Shown in pieces: positions 1 to 13,059 of a DNA stretch of 64,000 bases (positions are counted from its first letter, which is position 1; each line of letters opens with the position of its first letter). The notes under the pieces were generated by a model. It worked only from the letters and a program-made list of their open reading frames with translations, had not been told where the DNA came from and did not search any database. Origin of the DNA: Camelus dromedarius (Eukaryota); the NCBI RefSeq assembly GCF_036321535.1, contig NC_087465.1:18724001-18788000 (forward strand), read 5' to 3'. The translations under genes and the position numbers were made by a program.

Positions 1-225
1 TGATGTCCTGTGTGGGTCTCTCTGTGTATCTGTGAATGTGTGATTGTGTGCATGTGTCCTGTGTGTGTCTGTGTCTATGAGGGTTGATGTTCCGTGTGGG
101 TCTGTGTAAGTTGTCTGTGTGGTCTACGTGGGTTGATGTCCTGTGTGGGGGTGTGTCTCTGTGTCTGTGAATGTGTGTGTATGTGTATTTCTGTGTCTGG
201 GTCTGTGTGTGAGTGTCTACATGTA
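1..225. repeat. TG-rich low-complexity, degenerate tandem repeat
   Basis: Almost entirely TG/TC dinucleotides; the motif (gggt)tgatgt(c/t)c(t/c)gtgtggg recurs at about 1, 81 and 129. Confidence 0.85.
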
Positions 226-944
226 GACTCGTGTGCGCTCCGTGCTCAGAGGAGGACTGGAAAGAAATCGCAGGTGTTGGTGCCTCAGACCCTGTCTCCC
301 GCCCGGGCCAGCGGCCTCTTTCTTCCTGGCCCTCTGGGATGGCAAAGTCCTTGCTGACTCTCCCCATCCCACCAGCATCTCCCTGCTAGTCAGCAATGGC
401 CGAAGCAAGGCTGTCAGACTGTCTGGAAGGGGCTCGTGGACGTTTCAATGAGCTGCTCACCGGGCTGCCGTCTGTCCAGGCTATTAAGTGGTCAGTCTCC
501 AAACCTTGGGGGAGCACCTCATCGGGCGGGGGCTGTCATGTGTGCAGGGGCGGTGGGGCGCAGGCAAATAGGGTTGAAGCCTGAGTCATTCAGGCCATTT
601 GCAGGTTAACAGTCTGCAGGTTAAACGTCGCAGTTGTCCTCAAGAAGAAAACTGCAGTCACCAAATCACAATCGCATCTCTCACTTCCATATTTCTGTCC
701 AGGTGGGGTCATTCCAGACTTTCTGGCGGAGTTAATTACGTTATTGCCTGGAGGCCTGAAATCCATTTAGACCTCAGTGATGTAAAGAACTTCTAGCTAC
801 ATTTATGGTGATAACAGTTATTTTGTGAGGAGAGTCGGGAGAAAACAAATCTAATGTTTCCTGGTTTGCCAATGAAGGGAAAAAAAGGTGATTTTTTTCC
901 CCTTTTGATTAAAAAAAATTAAGTTAAAAAAGACTGTTTCTTCT

Positions 945-1115
945 GGCAAAATCTGAGTAAGATTTGTAGATTGGACCAATGTCAATGTCCTGGTTTTGTT
1001 ACAGTTATTAAGTTATTAAGACATGAAGAGTACACGGGACCTCTTTGCACTTCTTTTTAAACTTACTGTGAATCTGTAATTATTTCAAAATAAAACAATA
1101 ATAAATAAAGAAAGA
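945..1115 (+). mobile_element. Ancient L1 (L1MD/L1ME-type) 3' end
   Basis: gtagattggaccaatgtcaatgtcctggtttt...gtacacgggacctctttgcac...tgtgaatctgtaattatttcaaaataaaa plus A-rich tail resembles old L1M 3' UTRs. Confidence 0.8.
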
Positions 1116-1751
1116 AAAAAAGATTCTGTTTCTTGTTTCAGCTGCTTCTCTTTCCTGAGATAGTGACATCATTATGTTGGCAACAGGTCTAAATGTGGGG
1201 CTAGAAGCCAACTTACCTCACTGTTTTTCCAAAGAAAAGGCTCGTATTGTTGCCAACCAACCTCCACCCTGCAACAGGCTTTCCAGGAGCAAGAGAGGGA
1301 GCCCCTCCATGGGATAAGGCCACTTGGAGCCACCACTGCCCACGTATTGCAGGCCCCGGGGTTCCCTGATGAGGGAAGGGCCTGCCCTCCAGGAGCAGCC
1401 ATCCAAACTGGGCAGAGGAGCACTGTCAGCAGGTCGATGAGCTAACTTGCTGTCCTTCTCCAGGCTGAGGGGAATTTGGGGCTGCTTGTTGTTGTATTTT
1501 TTAAATTTGGGCTTATTGCATGTTTAGCCTGTCTGGGACCTGCTTGCAGATTTCAGCCACTTCTGGCTACACTCGTGGCAGGAATGACGTCTCCACTGTC
1601 TTATGCCTTGAAGAGAAGGATGAACTGCTATGTGATGTAACTGAACTAACCCCTTTTTAAGCTACTCAAGTTCCAGATTTGGCTTAAAAAAGAAAACATG
1701 TAATCTTTTTTTTTTCCCTCCAAAAATTGTATCTTCTTGCATCTTCCTTCT

Positions 1752-1935
1752 AATAATAGCTAATATTTGTTGAGTATTCCCAATGCCAGATGCATGATGT
1801 GCATTATTTAAAATTATCCTTTAAATTTATTGACATGACTGCCCCATCTTACAAATGTGAAGACTTCGGTAATTTTCAAAGGGCACTAGGTCAGGCTGCT
1901 AGGCCTGACTTATCCCAGCAGCCCAAAAGGGTCTT
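1752..1935 (-). mobile_element. MIR SINE
   Basis: taatagctaatatttgttgagta...ccccatcttacaaatg resembles the reverse MIR consensus. Confidence 0.7.
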
Positions 1936-2353
1936 CACTCCACACACTAATGCCACTCTCATGATCTTCTCTATAACTTAGTTTTAAATTTGAGATATAC
2001 TTGTCATTCTACAATTAAAATATATTTGTTAACTGAACACAATTTGTTTTAGATTACACATTTTTTTCTATATTACACTTGAAATTATCTTCAAGTGAAA
2101 AGGATTTCTTTTATATACATAGGTGATTCCACATTAATGAGAGTACAGCATATCAAAGCTCAAGTCGACAAAAGTAGATTAAATTATAGGCTTATTAGTC
2201 ATACTAAAAAGGGTTTTGCTTTCAAAAGGGTTCTGTATGGATTTCCTTTAAACAGAATTCTTATACTGTTCTTAAAATGCTTTGAAAGATTAAATTTTAA
2301 TTCAACTCATATACCGGAATTCTAGCCCTTACGCAAATACCTGTTTTATACTG

Positions 2354-2435
2354 TTGGGTTGAACCATATGAAATTGCCGATATTCACTCTTTTTTAACCT
2401 ACAAAAGTGGCAGTTTCATATGGTTCAATCTGGTA
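2354..2435. mobile_element. MADE2-type mariner MITE (~80 bp palindrome)
   Basis: Inverted repeats gttgaaccatatgaaattgcc (2358-2378) and ggcagtttcatatggttcaat (2409-2429) are 19/21 complementary; length and sequence match MADE2 as recalled. Confidence 0.9.
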
Positions 2436-3621
2436 TTTGCTCTTTTTAAGCATTTATCTTTTAAAGGCCAGAAGTGAGCCAGTTTGTCCTCACTTGAAAT
2501 TGATTGTTTCAGATCAATGAGCCAGACAATGGGTCTCTTTCCTGAGGTCTCTACTGTGGGTAATTTTATTTCTGGAGTTGGCTTTTATTGAAGATAATCT
2601 CCAATTAATATAATTCAAACAAGCGTCAATTCAATATCTGCTTTGTCCAAAGGACTGCTCTGGGCAGAATTCCTTGTCCCACAGCTTGTCAATGTTCTCC
2701 ATGAGACACTTGGAATGACGCCATTCTGGGAAATGAGTGGAACCACCTATGTCGCCCTCTAGAGGATTTCCATACACACACAATGTCACTGGCTCGACTT
2801 CCTGGGTTCTTTCATTTATATTTTAACCACGTTACCCATATGTTTCCATCAATTCATACAGCTGTTAGTTGGTGAGAGGTCAATTCAAACTGTCCATTAG
2901 GTATCATGTCCCTAGAAAATGGTAATTCTATCATTCTTAAATTTGTTTATAACAGTACAATCTAAGCACTATGAAATCAAACCTACAGATTGAACACCCA
3001 AAGGCTGAACAATTGCACATTTAGCTGTGTATGCTCCACGTACAAGGAACATGACTTCCCAAAGGAATAGGCAGGAGAAACTGATACAGTCAGGAACACA
3101 ATGCAAAGGTTACTGCTGGACATAATAGCCGATCAGCAACACGGCTGGATGGCTATTGGCCAGGGCATATCCAGTTTCCTGTAATAAGAGGTGGATGAAT
3201 ACAGGTTAGAAACGCCAAGTAGGGCTTAGGCTAAAGCTGAGAGAGGTCTACAGTCCAGGGAAAGCAAAGCATTGTAGTTACTACTTCACATTTCTTCTGA
3301 AAACAATATACACGGGCTTATAAGGCTCAAATGCTGGAATTAATATTTAATGTAAAAGCATTACTGGAAACAACTGTATAGCTATCAGGTATAAATAGTA
3401 ATTTCTACCTCGGCTGGTAATTTTGCACTCATTTAGGTTGTCATCCTAGTGTGGCAGCAGTTTACAGGGGCACTTACTGTAACAGCACGTTGATTAAACT
3501 GGTGGAATTACCCATTCAATCTATCTTACAATTCTGTGCTATTATGAAGTTCTAAATATTTCAAATGCAAATAGGCCTCCATGAGTTGACAGCTCAGTGG
3601 TTACCTGTCTGTCTTCTTTCC

Positions 3622-3759
3622 TTTTTTTTTTTTTTTTGGGGGGGGGCGATTAGGTTTCACTGATTTATTTATTTATTTTTTAACGGAGGTACTGGGGCTT
3701 GAACCCAGGACCTCATGCATGCTAATCATGTGCTCTACCACTGAGCTATACCCTCCCCC
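3622..3759 (-). mobile_element. tRNA-derived camelid SINE (Vic-1-like)
   Basis: Reverse strand reads ggggagggtatagctcagtggtagagcacatgattagcatgcatgaggtcctgggttcaagccccagtacctcc with A and B boxes and an A-rich tail; T-rich flanks on both sides. Confidence 0.9.
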
Positions 3760-4892
3760 TCTTTTCCTTTTTTTGAATCATTAGGAAGGCTTATAAATTT
3801 GTTTTTCTACATACTTGAAATGAGCTAATAATCTTATGATGAGGAATTAACGAGCATAGACTAAGACTCTGGATTTATTTGAAATCTGATGAGAAAAAGA
3901 GCCAATTAAAATGATTATAAAAATACGGAGGGAAAAACGCTTTTCTGTATGACATGTCACTGACTCCATGAACATTTCTGTTCTCACTTGGTATTTCTAT
4001 GAAGGTTCGTCTGGCACAGACAGAAATAAGCACCTGCTTTCATTCGTGGGCAGGTAAAACTTCTAGAAGTTTAGGGAGACAGTCATAGCTGCTGAACAGT
4101 CTGAATCTCCCAAGAAGCAGTCACCAAGACGAGATCAGTTCCATCAGTAACTGACCAGGGAAGATGCTTATGAAGCGCGGAGAGGGTGGGAGCACGAGAA
4201 GGCGGGGAGAGCCTGCCTGTCGCCTGCCAGGCGTGACACCCATGAGAAGGAAGAGAGGACAGGAAGTACTGGGTAGGAAGTACCCTGGAGCAGTTCTAAG
4301 AAACTCTCAGCTCCAGCTGACGAGTGTCCTGAGCAAAGGGTGCCCATCAGAGGAATCCCAGGTCAGGGAGAATGGCTGGGCTCTATCGGCCCTGCTGTGC
4401 TAGGCCCAGGAGGGGAGCAGCCAGGGGAAGGTCTTACCAGCTGCAGGGGATTCAAAGGAGTGGCAGCAAGAGGCTGGCCAGCACTGTGTTCCCTGAAGCT
4501 GCAGCTTCTTCTGCAAGGAGATCTGAGTGGCGGACCACCATGCCCTCCCCAAGTACTGTTTCTTTTCGGCAATCATGCAGTTTAATGCACGGATCTTGTT
4601 TCTTTCCAACCAAGTTCAAAAATCCCCAGGCTGGACACCTTCACCAGCTTCCCTGAGATACACTCCTTGAGAACCAGCTGTCTGCCTGTGTGTTTTTCCT
4701 GATCAGGCCCGGGTTACATCTGCTGTCATGGTACAGAGGAATAAGATGGGCAGGTTAAATAAAGCATCTGAGAGGAATGCCTGTCTCCAGAACTGTCCAA
4801 GGACCGGTCCAATATTTACCTTTATCATAATTCCTTTGGCTGGTGGTCCTACTGGGTCAAACCCAGGGTATAACCTACCTCCTTAAATAAAT

Positions 4893-5065
4893 CGTAACAG
4901 TTAACATTAACGCAGCATTTGCTATATGCCGGCCACCACTCTAGCCTTTACTTTCAACTCAATTAATCCTTATAATAAGTCTGCGAGGTCAATACTATCA
5001 TTATTCCCATTTTTTAGGGATGAGGAAACTGTGGCACAGAGAGGTAAGGCAAAGTAAGTGTGGTT
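4893..5065 (-). mobile_element. MIR SINE
   Basis: attattcccatttt...gatgaggaaactgtggcacagagaggtaag is the MIR core in reverse orientation. Confidence 0.85.
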
Positions 5066-5093
5066 ATTGGATTCCCATCTTGGCACTACCTCA

Positions 5094-6333
5094 TGTGTTT
5101 TGGAACCACTGTTTGTGTCCTCCTCAAATGCTTACGTTAAAGGCCTAACCTTCAATGTGATGGTGTTAGGAGGTACAGCCTTTGGGAGGTAATTAGGTTT
5201 CGATAAGGGTATGATAATGGAGTCCCATAATGGAACGAGGGCCCTTATAAGGAAGGGAAGAGACACCAGAATCAGAAGGCAGCCATCCACAAGCTAGGGA
5301 AAGGGCCCTCACCAAGAACTGAATCAGTTGGTACCTGGATCTTGGACTTCCTCGTCTCCAGAACTGTGAGAGATAAATGTCTATTTAAGCCTCCCAGTTT
5401 ATGGTATTTTGCGAAAGCAGCCTGCAAAGGAATTCCTGGACCCAACTCCAGTGTGTGTAGGTGGAGGCTTCCCCACACCAACAAGCAATTCCTGGATGTC
5501 TGAGATTTCAGCGCAGATCTGACACCACCTACCTGGGCTCGAATCAGAGTCCACAGGTAAAGGGCTCAGTCCCACAAGACCCCCCCAATGCAGGCTGCCA
5601 ACTGCGAGTCCAGGTAGTTACCTGTGTTTCTGACTGCCTGACTCCAAGCTGGAGAGTCCCATGACCCCCTCCTTGGGTTCAGTTAATTTGCTGGAACAGC
5701 TCACAGAACTCAGGAAAACCACCCACTCAACCAGACTACTGTCTCCTTATACGACGGCATCGCTCACCACGCTACTGCCTCCTTAGACAAAGGCATTGCA
5801 GGGTATGCAGCAACAGCCACGTGAAGGGACGCACGGGGTCGGGCATGGGGTGGGGAGGGGGCACAGGCTTCCACGCCCTCTCCGAGCGTGCCACTTGCCC
5901 CAGTCTCCACGTGTTCACCAACCCTGAAGCTCTCTGAATCCCATTCTTCTGGGGTTTTAGGCGGCTTCATTACATAAGCACAACTGATTATATTTTGCCC
6001 CTTCGTGATTAATTCAGCCTGCAGCCTCTCTCCCCTCCCTGAGGACGAGGGTGAGACTGAAAGTTCCAAATCTCAAATCACGTGGTTGGTTCTCCCGGCC
6101 ACCAGTCCCAATCCTTGGGTAAGATCCCAAAGTCACCTTTCCTGAAGCATCTTCAGGACTGAGGACAAAGAAAGCAAATACCATCCCATTGCTCTTATTG
6201 CTGAGAAATTCCAAGAGTTCTGGGAGTTGTGAGCCAGGAACTGTGGATGAAGACCAAACATATTGGTCATTCAGGTGATCAAATATATGTATTTCTTACA
6301 AATCACAATATTTGCACAGCCTGAGCTAAGACA
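5094..6333 (+). mobile_element. MLT1A-type MaLR LTR, split near its 3' end by a MER21 LTR
   Basis: ctaaccttcaatgtgatggtgttaggagg...atcttggacttcc...ccagaactgtgagagataaatgtc...ttaagcctcccagtttatggtatttt. The terminal cagcctgagctaagaca resumes at 6317-6333. Confidence 0.85.
5423..6316 (-). mobile_element. MER21-type ERVL solo LTR
   Basis: Starts TG and ends CA (tgcaaa...tttgca). Flanked by a perfect 5-bp TSD CAGCC at 5418-5422 and 6317-6321. Interior resembles MER21 in reverse (catgaccccctccttgggttcagttaatttgct...gaaagttccaa). Confidence 0.85.
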
Positions 6334-8099
6334 GTGTTTTGACCTGGTGTGCTAGGGAAAGAGGTTGGCAAGAGTTTAGGCAAGTGGATAAGATGCCAGA
6401 TATGTGAATACAGTTTGCTATACACCGAAGACCGCAGTGCCACACTCACTGGACCAGCCTGGCAGCAGGGAGGGGAAAGCTTGGGGTGTCCTGCAGCACT
6501 GCAGGGCAGGCACCCAGAATCTTAGACCAGGGTTAACACCACTCTTCCATCCGGTGGTACTTCCCAGCGTACTTCTGGCCACAATCTGAATTGCTTTGAG
6601 AGCTGGGCATGCCCTAGCTTGCTGGTGACAGATGTCAGAGACTATAACCAAGCAGCAGCTGGGAGGATGGAAACTGACAACAGTCCTGATGGCCGTGACA
6701 GTTGTGATAGGAGCAGCGGTGGCAGCAGAAGTGAATGGTGGCAAACCAGCAACAAACAGTCTTGTGGGTAGTGGGACTAATGATGTTTTGGTCCCATAGA
6801 AAGAAGAAGAGAGAAACCCACTGTGAATGATGGGTCAGGTGTAAACTCTGAATTGGGAAAGAAAAATGGGTAAATACATGTTCGCAAGATTTTGAACATT
6901 ATTTCAGTGAATCGATGGAATCCTTGAAATGGATCCATAGCCTCCAGCAGGTTAAAAACTCGCTGTTTTAAAGAGAAACTATGGAGCTCAAAATACATAC
7001 CCTGTCTTTCAATGGCCCTGTGCTGAAGAACAGAACACTAGTAAGCTTGTTTTATAAGAAGGCATCCCAGGGGATTGTGGAAACCACCAGCTGCTGAGGC
7101 TCAATTTTTTTTTTAATCTCTTATGCTGGTGAAAGTAAAAGGGGGCAGGGGCACAGAGCACCAAGCAAATGACATGACTTCTGTAAAAGCAAATTATGCC
7201 TTGCCTGTTGTAAGTCCTTGAGGAGATGAATATGCATCTGAGTAGAGGGGAGGCCGTGAAGGGAGTGGCTCACAGCCCTCCACCTTCCTACTGATGCTTC
7301 GCTGCAGTGTCTAGCAGGTTGGACCACGCACGGCTTCCAAACCACTTCAAATTGCAGCAGGAATGCACCAAAGGTGACTCCTTTAAAAATGCCTTTAATA
7401 GGATTCCATCTTATGGACTCTTTTTCAAAAATGGAGTTATCAGCGGATCGAGGGAGCCTTGTCATGAATAGAGAACCAGCCTAGAGAAAACGAGGTAGAA
7501 ATGAATGGACACTTCTCTGGATGGAGAGTGTTAACCACTGCGTTCCTGTGAAGCTGCTCCTTAGACCATTTTATACATGATCTGGATGAGGGCACAGAAA
7601 AAAATTTGGATTTGCTGATGATCCTGACTTCCAGTTGATGAGGAGGGATTTCAGGAGATATTTTAAGCGTATGTTAAATAGACAAAAACATCCATACAAC
7701 GGATGTGAGACAGTGCAACGTAGGAAATGCATCTAGAGAAATAACATATCACAAACTTCCAGGCACAGGAGATCTGAGTGATCGGTTACAACCCAGAAGA
7801 GTTTACTGGGATTAAATGAGAGACTCCACTAATGGGAAAACTACCTCGGGGTCAGCCAGTCGAACCCGTCATCTGAAGCCGCCACTGCCGCCTTCCACAG
7901 CATCCTGACCACGTGAACGCTGACCCCCTGCTCCCACTGTGAGGAACCCTTCACCCCAGAGGGAGGCCCTTTTTCGTTCAGACAATTCAATGTTTAGAAA
8001 GTTCACCCTCGTGTTGAGGCAACATCAGCTTTTTCCTTAGTTCAGTGTTCCTGGAGGACAGAGCACAATTCTGATTCCTCTTCCACATAAATGTCACAC

Positions 8100-8330
8100 A
8101 GATTTGAAGGGCCAGTATGCGCCCTAGGTCTTTTTCTTTTTTAAACAGGTTAAACATCCCATGTGTCTTCAGTGTTTTGCTCGGAGCAAGTCTAAATGTC
8201 CTAATTGTCCAAGCTGTTTTTCCATTGGTGCGATAGCTTTAATTTGCTTCTGTACGCCCAGGACTAATGCAGTATTTCAGGCATCAGGGGACCAGTGCTC
8301 TATGAAGGGGACCTTGTTCTGGAGGACCCC
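8100..8330 (-). mobile_element. L3/CR1 LINE fragment (left part, interrupted by L1)
   Basis: aggttaaacatcccatgtgtcttc...ccaggactaatgcagtatttcagg...gaccagtgc resembles the reverse L3 ORF2 3' region. Confidence 0.6.
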
Positions 8331-8332
8331 CT

Positions 8333-9693
8333 TTTTATAACAGATTTATTAAGATATAATTTATCACAAAATTCATGCTTTAAAAAAAGTGCACAATTCA
8401 GTGTGGGGTTTTTGGGTGGTTTTTAGTATGTTTATGGAGTTATGCAGCCATTATCACTTCCAGAATGTTTGCACCATCCCCAAAGAAACCCCGTACCATT
8501 TGCAGTCACTACTTATTCCCCACCCTCTGACAACCACCAATCTATTTTCCATCTCTACAGATTTGTCTGTTCCAGACCGTTCACATAAATGGGCTCATTC
8601 AATACGTGAATTTTGGTAACTGGCTTCTTTCACTTAGCACACTATTTTCAAGTTTCATCCATGTTGTAGCCTGTGTCAAAACTTTATTGCTGAACTCTAT
8701 TCCCTTGGATGGATATATCATATTGTATTTATCCTCTTGTTAGCTGATGGTCTTTTATGTTGTTTCCACTTTTTTGGGGGATGAATATTCATATGCAAGT
8801 CTTGGTGTGGCCATGTGTTTTCAATTCTCTCTGGTACATACTTAGGGGTGGAATTGCTGGGTCCTATGGTAACTCCATGTTTAACCTTCTGAGGCACTGG
8901 CAAACTGTTTTCCACAGTGGCTGCACCATTTACAATTCTACCAGTGATGCATGAAGGTTCCAGTTCCTCCACGTTCTCTTCAATACTTGCCATTATTATC
9001 TATCTTTTTTGGTAACAGCCATTCCAGTGGGTGTGAAATCACTTGGATGTGCATTGCTCTAATGACTAACAATGCTGAACATCCTTCCATGTGCTCATTT
9101 TCCATTTGTATATCTTCCTTGGAAAAATGGCTGCTTAAGTCCTTCACCCTTCTTAATTGGGTTGCCTTTTCATTATTGAGTTGTAAGAGCTTCTATATAT
9201 ATTCTGGATATGAGACTAATATTAGGTATATGATTTGCAAATATTTTCTCCCATTCTGCGGGCTGTCTTTTCACTTCCTTGATAGTGTCTTTTGCAGCAC
9301 TAAAGGTTTTAACTTTGATGAAGCCCAAATTATCTAACTTTCTTTTGTCATGTCACCACAAGCCTCATTCAATGGACTCTTGCTTCGGATTCTAGAAGAA
9401 TATGTTGCAATCCTAAAATGACTCCTTCAGCTCATTATACCTAAGAAACAATTGCCTAGCTCAAGTTCATAAACTCTACCCTTATGTTTTCTTCTAAGAG
9501 TGTCACAGTTTTACTTCTTACATTTGGTCTTTAATCCATTTAAGCTAACTTTTTAAATATGGTTGAGGTATGGGTTTAACTTCATCCTTTTGCATGTGGA
9601 TACTTTAATTGTCTCAGCACCATTTGTTGAAAAGACAATTCTTGAATTATTTTGGCCCCCTTGTAGGAAATCAATCGACTGTAATGGGGACTC
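8333..9693 (-). mobile_element. L1MB-type LINE, 5'-truncated (3' UTR plus end of ORF2)
   Basis: Typical antisense L1: ggcttctttcacttagc, gtggaattgctgggtcctatggtaactccatgtttaacc, tgatttgcaaatattttctcccattctg, ccagcaccatttgttgaaaagac-like. ORF 8718-8993(-) is a degenerate ORF2 remnant. Confidence 0.93.
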
Positions 9694-9699
9694 CTTTCT

Positions 9700-9930
9700 A
9701 GTAACGATACTGGACATTTGCTTTTCATACTGTTGACTCATACTGAGTTTATTGCCACCTAAATCCTCTGAAGTGTTTCACAGTTGTTATTGTTAAGCTA
9801 AGTTTCTCCCATCCATCCTGTGACGGAAATTGGGGCCCAGATAACTGACTTCATCTTTATTGCTCTTAAATGTCACCAGTTCAGCAGAATACATTTCAAT
9901 CCTAAAATGACTCCTCCAGCTCGTTACATT
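9700..9930 (-). mobile_element. L3/CR1 LINE fragment (right part)
   Basis: atactgttgactcatactgagttt...taaatcctctgaag...gttaagctaagtttctcccatcc continues the L3 consensus across the L1. Confidence 0.65.
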
Positions 9931-11599
9931 AGAGGGGGCCTGATAACACTGCTGCCTCTTTTCCCCGGATGCGTAGCACCAGCCATCTGGAGTGTGGGTG
10001 CGAATCCTTTCACCAGCAGCTGCAGCACTACATGCATATTCTTCCAATCTGAGAAAACTCCATTTTGAGGGAAGTTTGTAGAGACAAAAGAAATAATATT
10101 TGACTTAGGAGGAAGTCCTACCGAAGCAAATGCAAACGAGATGTGCCAGTGGGAAAACCTTCTCCTGAACCTCTATCACCTCTGAGTTGAAACTCTATCA
10201 GCACTGAAGAAAAGCAGCCTTGTCCTCAGAGCCAAAAACAGTGCTCGACGCATCCCACAGATGTGTGCTGAACAAATGAAGGAATTAAGGAAAAATTCTG
10301 CACTGTTCAAAACTCTGGCCTCCTCTGTAGGTTCTTGTCCACAAGACTTTTCCAAAGTTCATCTGAGTATCAAGATTTCTGGTTTTTTTTTTTTCTTTCA
10401 ATTTTGTTTCTAAATTCCTTTTTTGATCAATGAACCATTGACTGTTCCCAAGGCTCTAAGGAGGTATTAGCGACTGTCTGGGAGCTCTTGGTACCTTTAC
10501 ACAATCTCATTCCATGAGATTACTGGACACTCTTAATGATCTCCCCTGGATGGCCTCCTCTGAGTACCTCTGATCTTTTTCTTCCTGGCTTCACATATTT
10601 ACAGCAGCAGTTTTCTGCAAGAAAAGAGGGCTCCAGAATTGAGTTTCTCTTAGCAACCACTGGCTTCCATTTGATTGATAAGTCATCTCTTAAGTGCAAT
10701 TGTGAGTAACATACAGGTCCCATTCTAGGTCACATACAGGGGACGGTACAAGAGCCTAACAGGGCCAGGACTGTGATATTTCAATATGTCTCTATTTTGT
10801 TCAACACAAAATCTCTCTATTGCCACTGATTTTTCTTCTCTGCCATTTTGCCTCCATGCACACAAGGAGAAGTCAGATTTCATATTCATCAATTCAACGG
10901 ATTCCACGGAAACAATAGTGATTTCTAAGATGAAAAAGAATTATGGATGCGTGCTGATCATACTTCTTGGCTGCCAAAACCGAAATTCTGACTCATCAAA
11001 TTAAATTACTCATTAAAATACAGGCCAAAAAAGTATACCCTGCATTCAGGTGCTGATGTCTATCAGATAGGACAGGGAATGAGATAATATCACAAAAGAA
11101 TAATTCTCACTCCCCTGCTCCCATGGGCAGAAATACAGGCTGCATTTCTAGGATTACTGCTAATTTATTAAGTCCACATGAGATGAGAATTAAACTGCCC
11201 TTCTCCTTTGTTTTCACTGAGAGTCTCTGAGATGTTTGTTTCTGTACCCCCCAAAATAAGCATTTTAATTTTTTCTCATGAGAGGGGCACTGGGACCCCA
11301 AAGGAGGGCTCTGCGAGCTTCAGAACAGGTTCTTGAGGGCACAGCCGTTTGGGGACAATATTCCTGGGTGACACTTCATTTACCGCAGTGATTTTGCTAT
11401 TTGGGTCAGAGTGGCATACTCCTAGGCTCTCTGTACTACTGTGGCTTCAGACTTCTGTACTGGGGGATGTGGGGCTACAAGGAAGCATGAGCCCCAAGAA
11501 ATGGGGTGAGGTCAGAGGCTCCTCCACTCCCACCTTTCAGAGACTTGCTTATAAGGTTGGTCTAATTCTGCATTCCTTCTAGCTTCCTGCCCATTAGAC

Positions 11600-11718
11600 T
11601 CCTCTGCCGACAAGCCCAGCTCCACCCCAGACTAATGACACCAGAATCCCTAGGGCGGTCCTGGGGCAAACCTCCCAGGAGACTCTAAATGAGTGGCCTA
11701 GGTTAAGAACTACTGAGT
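11600..11718. mobile_element. MER5A-type hAT-Charlie MITE fragment
   Basis: caccccagactaatgacaccagaatccctaggg...ggttaagaactactg terminus. Confidence 0.65.
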
Positions 11719-12914
11719 CTGATTCAGGGCTTAACAGGTGAGGAACCCCTCCAGACAAGGGGTTGAAGACTTCTACCAACTCCTTTCAGAGGGACTCTCT
11801 CGGTGTCATTTAGTTTCTTTCCTCTTTTATGAGAAACACCAGGAATAGGAGCATTAAACGAAGTTACACGATGTACTGGAATTACGGGAGTTTAACTCCA
11901 AAGGCTTTGTCGGTGCTTATAGGTCACAAAACTTTAGGATTCGCTTCAACGCTTAACAGGATCCATATCCTTCTGTCCAGCATGCTTTCTAAAATAGTTC
12001 TTTCCCTTGATAGGGTCAAAGGAAATCCGATCACTTGAAAAATAAAATCAATGACTCACAGAAGACATCTTAGTTCATCTGAGACTCTCCATCCTTGGAT
12101 CACCCAAAGACATCTTCCTTTAGCCTTCCAGCTACAGGTGCTTAAGTATTCAAGAAGACACCTACCATCCTCAAACACTGATACTGATTGCTCACAGGAA
12201 ACTTACGATGTCAGGATCTGATCCACAGAACAAGTTTTTGGACAGATGTCTAACTGCATGTCCAGAAAACTTCGACGAATCCATTTTGAGTCATTTAGTC
12301 TGTTTTTCTTCATAACTTAGCAATTTCAAGCAAAATAGTTACATCGTTGGCACTGGTGTCTGTTCAGTATCCTTAAGATTGCACGTCTGCTCCTAAACCC
12401 TGAAAACGAGGGCTCAAGAGTCTATTCAAACTGGGATTACAATATTTGTCGGTTTTATCTACTGAGGGAGCTTTATATTAAATTCTACACAGTAGGCATG
12501 TGCTGTCAGGAACAATACCTAAGTGCCAGATCAGCAAGACTTGTTACTGGCTGTTATTCATTGTCAGCTTCTTCTGCTGGTTTGGCTTATCTGCCTCAGG
12601 GAAAACTAAGAAAGACCAATTAAAACACTGCTTAAACTTTATCACACTTCCATTTTTAAGTTGCAAAGACATTCCATACTCTAAATAACTCCAGGACTTA
12701 AAGCCTCTCTGAATACTTTTAGTTAACATAAAAGCCTCCTTGACAGGGAAAGTTTTAAGTTAAAAAAAAAAAATAGATGAAGCGTCTTAAGTCCAACTAT
12801 AGTCCATCGATTGCTCTATAATTTTTGCATTAACAGCAGAGCTGTTACTTATCAGTGTGAGAAGACAGTCAGATACCCTGTTGCTCTGTCACAACACCAT
12901 CCAAGCACACAGCA

Positions 12915-13050
12915 CCACTTATCCACTTATTTTCTGGGTAAACATTCATTGGTTCCTACTATGTGCAACTTTGCGACAGGCACTGAGGACAGAAGATAAA
13001 ACCAGAGAGCTGTAACTCATGAAATTTACACATTAGCAGGAGGATGAAGA
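12915..13050 (-). mobile_element. L2 3' fragment
   Basis: aaacattcattggttcctactatgtgc...ggcactgaggacag is the reverse L2 tail. Confidence 0.7.
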
Positions 13051-13059
13051 AAAACAGAG

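Noticed and set aside
1211-1268. Minus-strand donor GAG|GTAAGT with a possible 52-nt exon
   Set aside because: Weak acceptor, frame-shifting length, no recognisable peptide and no partner exon; a non-coding exon cannot be fully excluded.
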